Source: Myxococcota bacterium (GTDB taxonomy: Bacteria; Myxococcota_A; UBA9160; UBA4427). Taken from it: a stretch of 64,000 nt of DNA. Positions 10,302 to 21,111 of the stretch are shown piece after piece. Numbering within the stretch: position 1 is the first letter of the stretch; the number at the start of each line of letters is the position of its first letter. Location: contig OZ252299.1 in the NCBI GenBank assembly GCA_965250285.1, forward strand, positions 3,712,001-3,776,000, read 5' to 3'. Both the position numbers and the translations under genes were made by a program. Below the pieces are notes generated by a model. It searched no databases. It had not been told where the DNA came from and saw only the letters and a list, made by a program, of their open reading frames with translations.

Positions 10302-10468
10302 GGCGAAGACCCTACCGCATCGGTCATCAAAGTGGAAGCTCTCTCAATTGACAGTATTTGCAATTTTTGCGAGTGTGAGGGCATGGGCGGGCCGCCCAGC
10401 TCACCGTGCCCGGCGTCCGGCCGGCGGCTCCACCCGATCGCCCCAAACCCAGCCGAGGAGTTTTCGAG

Positions 10469-12211
10469 ATGCTCGATACCGTGATTCAGGGCGCCACCAT
10501 CGTCGACGGCACTGGCGAAGCGCCGCGCAGCGGCGACGTCGGCGTGCGCGCAGGCCGCATCGTCGAAGTCGGCGCCGTGACGGAAGCGGCGAAAGAGACC
10601 ATCGACGCACAGGGCGCTCTGCTCGTGCCCGGCTGGGTCGACGTCCACACCCACTACGACGGTCAGGTCACCTGGGACGACACACTCGACCCGTCGGCCT
10701 CGCATGGCGTGACGACCGTGGTGACCGGCAACTGCGGCGTCGGCTTCGCACCGGTGCCGCCCGGCGGCTACCAGGATCTCATCGAGTTGATGGAGGGCGT
10801 CGAAGACATCCCCGGAACCGCCCTCTACGAGGGCATGCCCTGGGGCGAGTGGGAGACCTTCCCCCAGTACCTCGCGCTGCTCGACCGTCGCGCCTTTGCG
10901 CTCGACGTCGGTACGCAGCTCTCTCACGGCGCGCTGCGCAACTACGTGATGGGGGAGCGCGGGCGCGCGAACGAAGCGCCGACCGACGACGACCTGACCC
11001 GCATGCGCGATCTGGTGGAAGAGGCGATGCGCGCGGGCGCCGTCGGCTTCTCGAGCTCGCGGCTGCTCGCGCACCGATCGATGAGCGGCGAAGTCGTGCC
11101 GGGCACCCACGCCGACGAGGCCGAGCTCGTCGCGCTGGCCGAGGGCATGCAGCGCGCGGGATCGGGCGTCTTCGAGATCATCCCGATGATCGAGGAGATG
11201 GGAGGCGAAGAGGTCTGCACCCGCGAGCTCGACCTGATCCGTCGGATCGGCGAGGCCTCTGGGCGGCCCGTGACGTTCACGACGGCGCAGCCGCCGCCGC
11301 TGCCCAACGTGTGGAAGACGGTCCTCGACTACAGCGCCGAGCAGAACGCGGCCGGCGCGCAGCTGCGGCCCCAGGTGGCCTCGCGACCCGTCAGCGTGGT
11401 CACGAGCTTGCAGACCTATCACATGTTCATGCGGCGCAAGACGTATCTGTCGCTCGAGCATCTGCCGATCGAGAAGCGCATCGCCGAGATGCGCAAGCCC
11501 GAGGTCAAGGCCGCGATCCTCGGCGACGTCGACGTACCGCCCGAGAACCCGGGCTCGATGGCGAATGCGTACATGCTCTTCAAGCTGACTGCGCCGATGA
11601 TGTTCCCGATCACGGCCCCGATGGACTACGAGCCCGACCCCGACGACCGGCTCGGGGTGCGCGCCGAGCGCGAGGGCCGGTCGATCGACGACCTGATGTA
11701 CGACTACCTGCTGGAGAATGACGGCAACAGCTTCGCCGTGATGTTCCTCGCGAACTACGCCGAGGGGAACATGGACGTGATCCACACCATGCTGACCGAC
11801 CCGCACACGATCTCGGGGCTGTCGGATGCCGGGGCCCACGTCAATCTGATCTTCGACGCCGTGGCGCCGACCTACCAGCTCATCCACTGGGCGCGCGATC
11901 GCAAGCGCGGGCCCAAGCTCCCGGTCGAGTTCGTCGTGCACAAGCAGACGGGCAACAACGCCGAGCTCTACGGCTTCAGCGATCGCGGCACGATCGAAGT
12001 GGGCAAGCGTGCCGATCTGAATCTGATCGACTTCGACAACCTCGGCCTCGGCGAGCTCGCGGTGCACCACGATCTTCCGGCGGGCGGCAGCCGCATCCTG
12101 CAGCCCGCAACCGGATACCTCGGCACGTGGGTCAACGGGGTGCGCACGCGGGATCACGACACCGACACCGGCGCGCGCCCCGGCCGCGTCGTGCGCCCGG
12201 GCCAGGCCTAG
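10469..12211 (+). CDS. N-acyl-D-amino-acid deacylase family amidohydrolase (copy 1)
   Basis: SD GAGGAG, ATG 10469; [51 protein letters not shown]. Confidence 0.92.
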   Translation: MLDTVIQGATIVDGTGEAPRSGDVGVRAGRIVEVGAVTEAAKETIDAQGALLVPGWVDVHTHYDGQVTWDDTLDPSASHGVTTVVTGNCGVGFAPVPPGGYQDLIELMEGVEDIPGTALYEGMPWGEWETFPQYLALLDRRAFALDVGTQLSHGALRNYVMGERGRANEAPTDDDLTRMRDLVEEAMRAGAVGFSSSRLLAHRSMSGEVVPGTHADEAELVALAEGMQRAGSGVFEIIPMIEEMGGEEVCTRELDLIRRIGEASGRPVTFTTAQPPPLPNVWKTVLDYSAEQNAAGAQLRPQVASRPVSVVTSLQTYHMFMRRKTYLSLEHLPIEKRIAEMRKPEVKAAILGDVDVPPENPGSMANAYMLFKLTAPMMFPITAPMDYEPDPDDRLGVRAEREGRSIDDLMYDYLLENDGNSFAVMFLANYAEGNMDVIHTMLTDPHTISGLSDAGAHVNLIFDAVAPTYQLIHWARDRKRGPKLPVEFVVHKQTGNNAELYGFSDRGTIEVGKRADLNLIDFDNLGLGELAVHHDLPAGGSRILQPATGYLGTWVNGVRTRDHDTDTGARPGRVVRPGQA

Positions 12212-12223
12212 GCGGAAGCTCCG

Positions 12224-12865
12224 ATGACGCGCACGCGGTGGATCTGGCTCGTCCTGGTGGGCCTCTACGCCCTCTTCTTCGGCTGGTACACGTCGTTTGG
12301 TGGCCCGCTCAGCGACGAAGAGATCGAGCACTACATGGCGATCGTTCAGGCCCGTGAGCCCGACGCCCGGCCCGCCGACCTCGAGCAGATGCGCCGCTTC
12401 ATGGAGGAAGACAGCGGCGACGACTTCGTGATGGTCAACGTGATCGACATGTATGAGACACCGCTCGCGATCGAAGGTGTCGCGCCCGGCGAGTCGAGCG
12501 ACGAGGTGCTCGCGAAGTACATGGCCTACATGAATGGCGCGCTCATCAGCCGGGCCAGTCACCCGATCTTCTTCGGCCGCGCCGCCGCACCCGCCATGGA
12601 CCTGATGAACGCCGACGGCATGGAATCCTGGACCACCGGGGCTGGGATGCGCTACCGCAGCCGCCGCGACCTGCTCGAGATCGCCATGAACCCCGAGTTC
12701 GAGGCGGCCCACAAGTTCAAGGTCGCGGCCATGCGCAAGACCATCGCCTTCCCGATCGATCCGTGGGGCCAGCTCGGCGACCCGCGCCTGGTCCTTGCGC
12801 TGCTCTTCGGCCTGATCGGATGCGCCCTCAGCTGGCGCGAGGCGGCGCGAAGGAGCCCGTCTTGA
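12224..12865 (+). CDS. Membrane-anchored hypothetical protein (DUF1330-like core)
   Basis: N- and C-terminal TM helices; FVMVN...YMAYM...MRYRSRRDLLE...HKFKVAAM. Confidence 0.65.
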   Translation: MTRTRWIWLVLVGLYALFFGWYTSFGGPLSDEEIEHYMAIVQAREPDARPADLEQMRRFMEEDSGDDFVMVNVIDMYETPLAIEGVAPGESSDEVLAKYMAYMNGALISRASHPIFFGRAAAPAMDLMNADGMESWTTGAGMRYRSRRDLLEIAMNPEFEAAHKFKVAAMRKTIAFPIDPWGQLGDPRLVLALLFGLIGCALSWREAARRSPS

Positions 12866-13755
12866 CCGAAGAGATCCGCTCCGAGCGCATCCGGGCGAAC
12901 GGTCTCGAGTTTCACGTCAACACGTGCGGCGAGGGCGACCGACTCGCGCTCTGCCTTCACGGCTGTCCCGAGCTCGGTCTATCGTGGCGCCGACAGCTGC
13001 CGTTGCTCGCGTCGCTCGGCTACCGGGCCTGGGCGCCCGACCTGAGGGGCTACGGGCAGAGCGATCGCCCGAAGGGGATGCGCCACTACGCGATCGAGGC
13101 CCTGCTCGAGGACGTGGCCGGTCTCATCGACGCGGCCGCACCGCGCGAGACCGTGCTCATCGCCCACGACTGGGGCACGCTCATCGCCTGGCCGTTCGCG
13201 GCTCATCGCGTGCGACCGCTCGATCGCCTGGTCATCCTGAATGGCGCGCCCGCCGGCCCCCCGCAGCGACCGTCCCTCGCCGACCTCCGACGCATCGGAT
13301 ACATCCTCTTCTTCCAGCTGCCCTGGCTCCCCGAGTGGAGCCTTGCGCGCCGCAACTTCGCCGGCTTCATGAAAGCCTTCTCGGCCGCGGCCGGAAAGCC
13401 CGAACGCCTCGACCGGGACGACCTGCGACAGTTCCGCGAGGCCGCGGCGCAGCCCGGCGCCCTGACCGCGATGATCAACTACTACCGCGCGCTCATACGA
13501 GGCCGCGGCGCGCGGCGTCTGGCCGCGCGCGGCTTCCCGACGATCGAGACGCCGACGCTGATGGTCTGGGGCGCCGCCGATCCAATCCTCATCCCCGAGA
13601 CGACCGATGGCGCCGACAAGTGGGTCAAGGACCTGACCCGTCGCTTCATTCCGGGCGTCGGCCACTGGGTGCAGCAGGAGGCGCCCGACGAGGTGAACGA
13701 CATCCTCTCCGCCTGGCTGACCGACGAGTCGGTGCCCGGCAGCGAGCAGTACTAG
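12862..13755 (+). CDS. Alpha/beta hydrolase, epoxide hydrolase-like
   Basis: TTG overlapping upstream stop, SD AGGAG; HGCPE, PDLRGYG, HDWG, NYYRA, GHWVQQE. Confidence 0.9.
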   Translation: MTEEIRSERIRANGLEFHVNTCGEGDRLALCLHGCPELGLSWRRQLPLLASLGYRAWAPDLRGYGQSDRPKGMRHYAIEALLEDVAGLIDAAAPRETVLIAHDWGTLIAWPFAAHRVRPLDRLVILNGAPAGPPQRPSLADLRRIGYILFFQLPWLPEWSLARRNFAGFMKAFSAAAGKPERLDRDDLRQFREAAAQPGALTAMINYYRALIRGRGARRLAARGFPTIETPTLMVWGAADPILIPETTDGADKWVKDLTRRFIPGVGHWVQQEAPDEVNDILSAWLTDESVPGSEQY

Positions 13756-13779
13756 ATCGAAAGGCCGCCTCGAATCGAC

Positions 13780-15525
13780 TCAGACGCGCACGACCCGGCC
13801 GGGCCGTTCGCCGGTATCGGCGTCGTTCTCGCGGGTCTTCACGCCGGCCACGAAGGTGTTCCGATACCCCTGCGCTTCCTGCAGAATGCGCGTCCCACCG
13901 GCGGGCAGATCGCTCTCGACGTGCAGCGCGCTGAGCGAGAGTCGATCGAGATCGAACACGTTGAGGTCGGCACGCTTGCCGACTGCGACGGCCCCTCGAT
14001 CATGCATGCCAAAGAGCGCGGCATTGCGCTGCGTCTGCTTGTGCACCATCAGCTCGATCGGCATACGCGGGCCGCGGCTTCGGTCGCGGACCCAGTGCGT
14101 GAGCTGATAGGTCGGCCCGACGGCATCGAAGATCAGGTTGACGTGCGCGCCAGCGTCCGAGAGGCCGATCGTCGTGTTCGGGTGCGTCAGCATCTCTTCC
14201 ATCACTCGGAACGAGCCGTCGACGTAGTTGGCGCCGAGCAAGATCGCGAAGTCGTTGCCGTCGCCCTGGGTCAGGTAGTCGTACATGAACGACGGCACGT
14301 CCTGCCCCTTCGCGGCGGCGAGCATGGCGACGTTGCCCGAAGGCTCGGGCTCGTAGTCGATCGGCATCTCGATCGGGTACATCACCGGCGCCGCCATCCC
14401 GAGCAGCCCGTAGATGTTGGCCATCGTGCCGGGCTGATCGGGCGGCACGTCGCTGTCGGCGAGGATGGCCGCCTTCACCTCGGGCTTGCGCATCTCGGCG
14501 AGCCGCTGCTCGATCGGCAGGTCGGCGAGCTTCAGGTAAGTCTCGCGGCGCATGAACATGTGGTACGAGCGCAGGCTGGTGACGAAGCCGATGGGCCGAC
14601 TCGCGATCTGAGGGGTCACCTCGATGCCCGATGCGTTCGCCTCCTCGACCAGCTTGATGCAATTGCGCCACTGATCCGGTCGGTCGACGTTCTGCACGAG
14701 CGTGAATGTGCACGGTCGGTCGGCGGCGGCAGCGATCTCGGAGAAGAGCGCGACCTCCTGCTCGGTCGTCCAGCGCTCGGGCCCGGCCAGGTCACCGACG
14801 ACGCCGGCCGGGACCGCCTGGAACACGCCCTTGCCGGCCTGCTTCATGGCGCCGGCGATCGCGAGCAGCTCGGCCTTCTCAGCGAAGGTGCCCGGGATCT
14901 CGTCGCCCCCCACCGAGCGATGGCCGACCGTGCGACTCGTCGAGAAGCCGACGGCGCCCGCGGCCAGGCCTTCGGTCACGATGGCGCCCATTGCAGCCAG
15001 GTCTTCGGCCGTCGCATCTTCATGGGCGAGCGCGCGCTCTCCCATGACGTAGTACCGCACGGCCGAGTGCGGGATCTGGGCCGCCACGTCCATGCTGAAG
15101 GCGCGCGAACCGAGATAGTCGAGATACTCGGGGAAGGTCTCCCATCGCCCCCACTCGATGCCCTCGTGCAGCGCGGTGCCGGGGATGTCCTCGACGCCCT
15201 CCATGAGCTCGATCATCTGCCGCTCATGGCCTGGCGGGCAAGGCGCGAAACCCACGCCGCAGTTGCCCATCACGATGCTGGTGACGCCATGCGAGAACGA
15301 CGGCTCGATCGTGTCGTCCCAGCTGACCTGTCCGTCGTAGTGCGTGTGCACGTCGATCCAACCGGGCGTCAAGAAAGCCCCCTCGGCATCGATGACCTCG
15401 CGCGCCGAGCCTTCGCAGGCGCCGACCGCGGCGATGCGGTCGCCCTCGATGGCGACGTCGCCTTCGAAGGGGGCGGCTCCCGTTCCGTCGACGATGTGGG
15501 CGTTCTTGATGAGATAGTCGTGCAT
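13780..15525 (-). CDS. N-acyl-D-amino-acid deacylase family amidohydrolase (copy 2)
   Basis: Starts [16 protein letters not shown]; same motif set as copy 1. Confidence 0.92.
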   Translation of the reverse strand: MHDYLIKNAHIVDGTGAAPFEGDVAIEGDRIAAVGACEGSAREVIDAEGAFLTPGWIDVHTHYDGQVSWDDTIEPSFSHGVTSIVMGNCGVGFAPCPPGHERQMIELMEGVEDIPGTALHEGIEWGRWETFPEYLDYLGSRAFSMDVAAQIPHSAVRYYVMGERALAHEDATAEDLAAMGAIVTEGLAAGAVGFSTSRTVGHRSVGGDEIPGTFAEKAELLAIAGAMKQAGKGVFQAVPAGVVGDLAGPERWTTEQEVALFSEIAAAADRPCTFTLVQNVDRPDQWRNCIKLVEEANASGIEVTPQIASRPIGFVTSLRSYHMFMRRETYLKLADLPIEQRLAEMRKPEVKAAILADSDVPPDQPGTMANIYGLLGMAAPVMYPIEMPIDYEPEPSGNVAMLAAAKGQDVPSFMYDYLTQGDGNDFAILLGANYVDGSFRVMEEMLTHPNTTIGLSDAGAHVNLIFDAVGPTYQLTHWVRDRSRGPRMPIELMVHKQTQRNAALFGMHDRGAVAVGKRADLNVFDLDRLSLSALHVESDLPAGGTRILQEAQGYRNTFVAGVKTRENDADTGERPGRVVRV

Positions 15526-15814
15526 CGTGGTTCTCCGATGGGTGGGCTCGAGCGCGAAGATACCGACGCCGGGCGCGCCCGGGTACTGCGTCGGATCCCG
15601 CGTGTCGGGGCCCGGCGCGGACAGCGCGAGAGGCTCCGCGGCGCCCGATGCAGGGCGCTGCCGGTGATGGACAGACCCCGGGGAGGCGTCGCTCGCGGAC
15701 GCCGTCTCTGTCATCATCGGGGGCCGGCTGCGCGATCGAGGTCGCTGACCACGACGATGCGCGGCCCCCGCGCCCCCCTCCCAACTGGCCCCAAAAGAAG
15801 GATTCGAACCCCAG

Positions 15815-16453
15815 ATGATCACGCTCTACGGCGCCAACGCGTCCCCGTTCGTTCGCAAGACCATGGCCGTGCTCGCTCTCAAGCAGGTCCCCTATGAACA
15901 CGTACCGTCGATGCCGTTCTCGGGCGACCCCGAGCTGGCCAAGGTCAGCCCGCTGAGCAAGGTGCCCGCGCTGGTCGACGGCGATCTCAACATCGCCGAC
16001 TCGAAGGTCATCTGCCGATACCTCGAGACGGCCTACCCCGACACGCCCGTGTACCCGACCGACGAGCAGCAGCGCGCCCGGGCGGATTGGCTCGAGGAGT
16101 ATGGCGGCACCGTGCTCGCCGAGTCGGCGGCCGGCATCTTCTTCCACCGCTTCATGGTCCCGAACGTGTTCAAGCGTCCGGTCGACGAGGAAGCCGTGAG
16201 CAAGATCATCGACGAAAAGCTGCCGCCGCTGCTCGACTATCTCGAGAGTCAGGTGCCGGCCGATGGGTTCATCTTCGGCGACCTCACCGTCGCCGACCTG
16301 GCCCTCGCCTCTCCGTTCGTCAACGCGGGTTACGCCGGGTACACCGTCGACGCCGAACGGTGGCCGAACTTCGCAGGCCTGGTCGACCGCGTGAAGGCGC
16401 ACCCGGTCATGGCCGAGCTGCTGAAGACCGAAGCGGCGGCGTTCGGCGGCTAG
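15815..16453 (+). CDS. Glutathione S-transferase
   Basis: SPFVRK, SPLSKVPAL, DSKVICRYL, TVADLA. Confidence 0.92.
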   Translation: MITLYGANASPFVRKTMAVLALKQVPYEHVPSMPFSGDPELAKVSPLSKVPALVDGDLNIADSKVICRYLETAYPDTPVYPTDEQQRARADWLEEYGGTVLAESAAGIFFHRFMVPNVFKRPVDEEAVSKIIDEKLPPLLDYLESQVPADGFIFGDLTVADLALASPFVNAGYAGYTVDAERWPNFAGLVDRVKAHPVMAELLKTEAAAFGG

Positions 16454-16678
16454 GGAACCTCTGCACAGTCCGTCTTGCCAGGGCCGGGGCAGGCGGGGGC
16501 ACCGTGCTCAGACATGCTCGGCGCGATCAGGCTGGGAAGCGCATTTGCTGCGCACGTCGCGCCTGCGAACTGCGCGCGGTACCCCCGCCTGCCCCGGCCT
16601 CGGAACGCCTCGGTCGCGGCGCGGCACTCTCGGCGCTGGTCTGGGATGAGGGGAGCGAGCTCTGCAGCGCATCCCTAG
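16450..16678. mobile_element. MITE-like non-autonomous element
   Basis: CTAG at both ends; imperfect terminal IRs TAGGGAACCTCTGCA / TGCAGCGCATCCCTA (12/15); internal 23-bp IR at 16482-16504 / 16577-16599 (1 mismatch). Confidence 0.55.
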
Positions 16679-16694
16679 CCCCCCTGCCGAGCGT

Positions 16695-18143
16695 TCAGTG
16701 CGGCAGGATCTCGCGGATGAAGTCGTTCGTAAAGCGTCCCTCGGGATCGGCGTCGCGCGCGGCCGCCGTGAATTCGTCGACGGCTGCATCGCCGTAGAGT
16801 CGTCGCACGTCCTCGGCGCTGAGATAGAAGAGCTTGCCGAAGTGCGGACGGGCGTCGAAAGCGGCAGCGAGGGCGCGCGTCAAGAACGATGCGTAGGCTT
16901 CGAACGGCCCGATCTCGCGGGCGTAGCTGAAGAAGCTGATCGTGTAGACCGGGCCGCCCGACGACTGCGAGAGCAGTGTGTCGTCGCGTTTCACACGCCG
17001 AAATGACATCGGGTAGTTGAGCGTGAAGGTGCCGCTTTGCTGCTCGAGCTCATCGCGCAGACTCGCTCGATCGAGCGCCTGCGCGACGGCTGTCGGCGGC
17101 TCGACCGGCTCGCCGGCGAAGCGCTGCGTCACGAACCGGACGAGCGTCGCGGCCGATGCGATGTGATGTTCGGGCACCGCGATCTCGCACTCGACGTGGC
17201 GATAGAGATGGTGCGCGAGCGTCAAGGCCCGGTCGCTTCGATCGAGCTTCGGCGTGTTGCGCAGCAGCAGAGGGCCCACGGCCACTCGGTAGAGCCACCG
17301 CAGCCGCGCTGGGCGGTCGAGGAGGTGCCCCGCCTTCGACATCAGCCAGTGAAAGCCGTGGTCCACGAACGCGAAGTAAGCGGTACGCCGGAGCCAGGCG
17401 CGCACGCGCGCGCGGCGTGATGGCGGACCGATGACCGGATGGCGGTGGAAGGCGACGAATCGCCAGTCGAAGGGCAGCCACAGAAAGTACTGAAGCGGCT
17501 CGGCCCCCAGCTGTTCGAGCACGTCTTCGATGCGGGACCACCGTTTCACGCGCTCACCCACGGTGTACTGACGCCGGCACGCGATGCGAACGCCGACGAC
17601 GAGCCCGAACGCACCGAGCCCGCAGCGCGCGGCCAGGAGCGCTCGCATGGCGCGTTCGGCATCTGGCTCGTCGGGATCGACGTCGTCGAGCGAGAGGGTC
17701 TCGACGACGGCTCGCCCGTCGCGAAAGCGCGCGATCTCGAGCCCGCGAACGTGGTGCGAGATCGAGTGCTGCCCGGAGCCATGGGTCCCCGTCGCGATGG
17801 CGCCCGCAATCGTCTGCTCGAGCACGCCACCGATGGCCGGCAGCGTCGCGTCGGCATCTTGTTGAAGGACGTGCACGAGCTTTCGCATCGTGCATCCCGC
17901 GCCCACCCTCGCTTCGAGGCCACCGTCGTGGCTCCGTGCGAGCTCGACCGAGTCGAGCCGCGACAGATCGACCAGCACCTGATCGACCTCGATCACCCGG
18001 CTCCACGAGTGCAACGAGCCGATCGCACGAATGGATCGGGTGCGGTGCTTCTCGAGCACGCGCAGCACCTCGCGTACGCTCGAAGGTCGCTCGATTTCTT
18101 CCGGGTCGAGCAGGACGTTGCCACCGAAGTTGCGCTTCGACAC
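16695..18143 (-). CDS. FAD-binding oxidoreductase (VAO-type, aldonolactone-oxidase-like)
   Basis: GTG with SD GGAGG; NFGGN, RAIGSLHSWS, QTIAGAIATGTHGSG, RPHFGK, DPEGRFTN. Confidence 0.88.
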   Translation of the reverse strand: MSKRNFGGNVLLDPEEIERPSSVREVLRVLEKHRTRSIRAIGSLHSWSRVIEVDQVLVDLSRLDSVELARSHDGGLEARVGAGCTMRKLVHVLQQDADATLPAIGGVLEQTIAGAIATGTHGSGQHSISHHVRGLEIARFRDGRAVVETLSLDDVDPDEPDAERAMRALLAARCGLGAFGLVVGVRIACRRQYTVGERVKRWSRIEDVLEQLGAEPLQYFLWLPFDWRFVAFHRHPVIGPPSRRARVRAWLRRTAYFAFVDHGFHWLMSKAGHLLDRPARLRWLYRVAVGPLLLRNTPKLDRSDRALTLAHHLYRHVECEIAVPEHHIASAATLVRFVTQRFAGEPVEPPTAVAQALDRASLRDELEQQSGTFTLNYPMSFRRVKRDDTLLSQSSGGPVYTISFFSYAREIGPFEAYASFLTRALAAAFDARPHFGKLFYLSAEDVRRLYGDAAVDEFTAAARDADPEGRFTNDFIREILPH

Positions 18144-18409
18144 CGGTGCGCCTCCATACTCGGCGGGGCGGGCGATGCTGCGCGCCCTGCCCGGGACGCC
18201 TCCGATCCCACACCGGCCCTCGCAGGCGGGACGCGGTCTTCGCGTGGTCGGCTTCGACCACGTTCGATGTTCGACCTCGCGCTCCCGCATTTCAACCGCT
18301 CATTTCGTATCCCAGACGACACGGGGCGCACGCCGCGCGGTGATAGAATCAGAGCAGCGTCCGACGAACGTGCCGTTTTGCAGCTGGTCCTGGAGCCCTC
18401 CCCCCGCTC

Positions 18410-21076
18410 ATGGCATTCAGAGTCAAGATCCCCTGGCTGGTCGATGTGTTCCTCGTCTGGCGTCCACTCGAGATTCGAGAGCTCGAGGCGACCGACGCCA
18501 TCGACCGCCCCGTGCCCGATGCAGGCGCATGGCTCAATCGGCGCATCGGCCGGCGTATGGATCCCGGCCTGCGCTTCGACGGCGTGTTGCTGCGTGTCTT
18601 TCGCAGCCGTGACGACGTGACGCGACGCGGGCCGAACGGCCGAAGCGCCCGGTTCTCTGGACTGCCGACGCACGACCCCGCGCGGCGCGCCCACCTCGTG
18701 TCGCAGCTCGCACGCTACGTCGCGGGCTACCCGGGGCCCCGCAGCGTCGGCAGCCTGATACAGGAGGCGCTCGGCACCCAGTTCGTGCCCGAGTACCGGT
18801 CGACCGAATCGCTCTACGCGGCGGCGCGGCGTATGGAGCGATGGTTCGGGATCGGGTCTGCTCTGGGGCTCGGCGCGCGACGACTCGCTTCGGCTCGGCG
18901 ACGCCTCCACTCGGCCGCCGCCGGCGACCTCGACTGCTTTCATGCAACGACCTTCGCCGTACACTCGGCGGTCGACGCCATCGAGCGGATGCGCGCGCAC
19001 GTGCTCGACGACCGAACACGCCGGCTCGCCGCTCTCGAGGCCGTCGATCGTTGCGCCCGCCCGCCGAAGCGGGCGCTGCGCACGAGCGTCCGGGCGTTTC
19101 AGCCGAGCTTCCGTCGCTCCCCGCTTCCTGCGCATGTCCTCGTCGTCTATGCCACGCGACGCGCGCATCGCATCGATTCGACGCTCGTCGATCCCTTCGC
19201 GGGCCACACGTGGAGCGAGTGCCCCGGCGATGACATGGTGCGCGCCCTGCTGCGCGACGTGTGGGAGGCGCGCCGCGCCGACTACCCGATCATCGCCCCG
19301 CGCGTGTGGTGCTATGAGCGGCTGGCACGGTTCGTTGGCGAGCGGCTACTCGGCGCCTTCACGTGGCACAAGCTGCCGGGGCTGCTCGGCGTGACGCGCC
19401 TCGTCGGCTTCCGCACGATCCTGCGCGAGCGCGTGCTCCTCGATGGCCAGCCCGCAGCCCAGGGCCCCGCCCCCACCCCGACTCGCAGCCAGCTCGCCCA
19501 CCGCAGCGCCGACGGCACGTTCAACGATCTCGACGTGCCCGACATGGGCGCCGCGGGACAGCGCTTCGCACGCAACGTCCCGCCCACGGCGCCGGCGGCG
19601 GGCGACTTGCTCGACCCCAATCCCCGCGCCGTGAGCGCCGCGCTCATGACACGAAAAGCGTTCGTCCCGGCGCCGACGCTCAACGTGCTGGCCGCGGCAT
19701 GGATCCAGTTCATGGTGCACGGCTGGTTCAACCACGATCCCGACGAGCACCGCACGATCGCACTCAGCCCGTCCGGTCATGCCGACGACCCATTCGGCGA
19801 GGCGACACTCGACATCCCCGCGAGCAAGCCGTCGCCCAGCCAAGTCGGTGAGCCCGAGAGCCTCGGTCCGTTCTTCGACAACACCGAGACGCATTGGTGG
19901 GATGGCTCGCAGCTCTACGGCAGCGACCCGGTGCTCGCCGAGGCGCTGCGCGCCCCCAGCGGTGGCCACCTCTTGCTGCCGAACGGCTATCTGCCGCTCG
20001 ACGAAGCCGGCCTCGAGCGTTCGGGCTTCGTCACCAACTGGTGGATCGGCCTCGGCGTGATGCACACGCTCTTTGCGCGCGAGCACAACGCGGTCTGCGA
20101 TCATCTCGCCCGAGCCCACCCGGGCTGGAGCAGCGACGAGCTCTACGGTCGCGCCCGGCTGGTGATCGCGGCGCTGATCGCGAAGATTCACACGCTCGAG
20201 TGGACCCCGGCCATCCTCGACCAGCCGGCGCTTCATCTCACCGGGCTCACGACATGGCAAGGCGTGCTCCGCCGGCTCCCCGACCACGTCTTCCCCCGCG
20301 AACGTTTCCGATCGGATCTCTGGCGCGGCGTGCCCGGCTCGGAGTCGACGCATCACGGCGTCCGCTACGCGATGACCGAAGAGTTCGTGTCGGTCTATCG
20401 CATGCACCAGCTGCTGCCCGACTGGTTCGAGTTTCGCCGCGTCGAGGACGACGTCGACGTCTGCGGGGCGGGCCTCGACCGTTTGCTCGGGGCGGACGCC
20501 GCCCGCGTCCTTCGGCGCGTCGGCCTCGAGAGCAGCTTCTATTCGCTCGGCATCGCCCATGCGGGTGCGATCGTGCTCGACAACTTCCCCGCGACCCTCC
20601 AGCACTTTCGACGCGCCGGTGAGTTCGACCTCGACCTTGCGGCCGTCGACATCCTGCGCGACCGCGAGCGGGGCGTGCCCCGCTACAACGCATTCCGCGA
20701 GCGGCTGCTGCTGCCCCCGATTCGTCGCTTCGAGGATCTCACCGACGACCGCTCGCTCGTGCAGCGGCTGAAGGCTGCCTACGGCGACGACGTCGACAAG
20801 CTCGACCTCCAGGTCGGGATGTGCGCCGAGGCCAAGCCAGCTGGCTTCGGTTTCGGCGAGACGGCCTTCCGCGTGTTCACGCTGATGGCGGTGCGGCGGC
20901 TCAAGAGCGACCGCTTCTTCACCACCGACTACAACGAACAGACGTACTCGCGCGAAGGGCTCGAGTGGATCGCGAACAACACCTTCGCGAGCGTCCTGGC
21001 GCGTCACGTCCCAAGCGCCGCGACGCGCGCGCAGCAGGCCGCGAACTGCTTCGCGCCGTGGCCGACGAACCGCTGA
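18410..21076 (+). CDS. Peroxidase-cyclooxygenase family heme enzyme (alpha-dioxygenase-like) with about 290-aa N-terminal extra domain
   Basis: RSADGTFND, AAAWIQFMVH, THWWDGSQLYG, REHN, HTLEWTPAI, EEFVSVYRMH, RDRERGVPRYN, RRLKSDRF. Confidence 0.88.
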   Translation: MAFRVKIPWLVDVFLVWRPLEIRELEATDAIDRPVPDAGAWLNRRIGRRMDPGLRFDGVLLRVFRSRDDVTRRGPNGRSARFSGLPTHDPARRAHLVSQLARYVAGYPGPRSVGSLIQEALGTQFVPEYRSTESLYAAARRMERWFGIGSALGLGARRLASARRRLHSAAAGDLDCFHATTFAVHSAVDAIERMRAHVLDDRTRRLAALEAVDRCARPPKRALRTSVRAFQPSFRRSPLPAHVLVVYATRRAHRIDSTLVDPFAGHTWSECPGDDMVRALLRDVWEARRADYPIIAPRVWCYERLARFVGERLLGAFTWHKLPGLLGVTRLVGFRTILRERVLLDGQPAAQGPAPTPTRSQLAHRSADGTFNDLDVPDMGAAGQRFARNVPPTAPAAGDLLDPNPRAVSAALMTRKAFVPAPTLNVLAAAWIQFMVHGWFNHDPDEHRTIALSPSGHADDPFGEATLDIPASKPSPSQVGEPESLGPFFDNTETHWWDGSQLYGSDPVLAEALRAPSGGHLLLPNGYLPLDEAGLERSGFVTNWWIGLGVMHTLFAREHNAVCDHLARAHPGWSSDELYGRARLVIAALIAKIHTLEWTPAILDQPALHLTGLTTWQGVLRRLPDHVFPRERFRSDLWRGVPGSESTHHGVRYAMTEEFVSVYRMHQLLPDWFEFRRVEDDVDVCGAGLDRLLGADAARVLRRVGLESSFYSLGIAHAGAIVLDNFPATLQHFRRAGEFDLDLAAVDILRDRERGVPRYNAFRERLLLPPIRRFEDLTDDRSLVQRLKAAYGDDVDKLDLQVGMCAEAKPAGFGFGETAFRVFTLMAVRRLKSDRFFTTDYNEQTYSREGLEWIANNTFASVLARHVPSAATRAQQAANCFAPWPTNR

Positions 21077-21111
21077 GCGGCGGGCCCCCATCCCGACGGG
21101 AGGACCAAGAG

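Noticed and set aside
4652..12712. Very long antisense ORFs (e.g. 4652-7186, 10298-12712, and many similar elsewhere)
   Set aside because: Shadow frames of real genes in high-GC DNA; no recognisable motifs.
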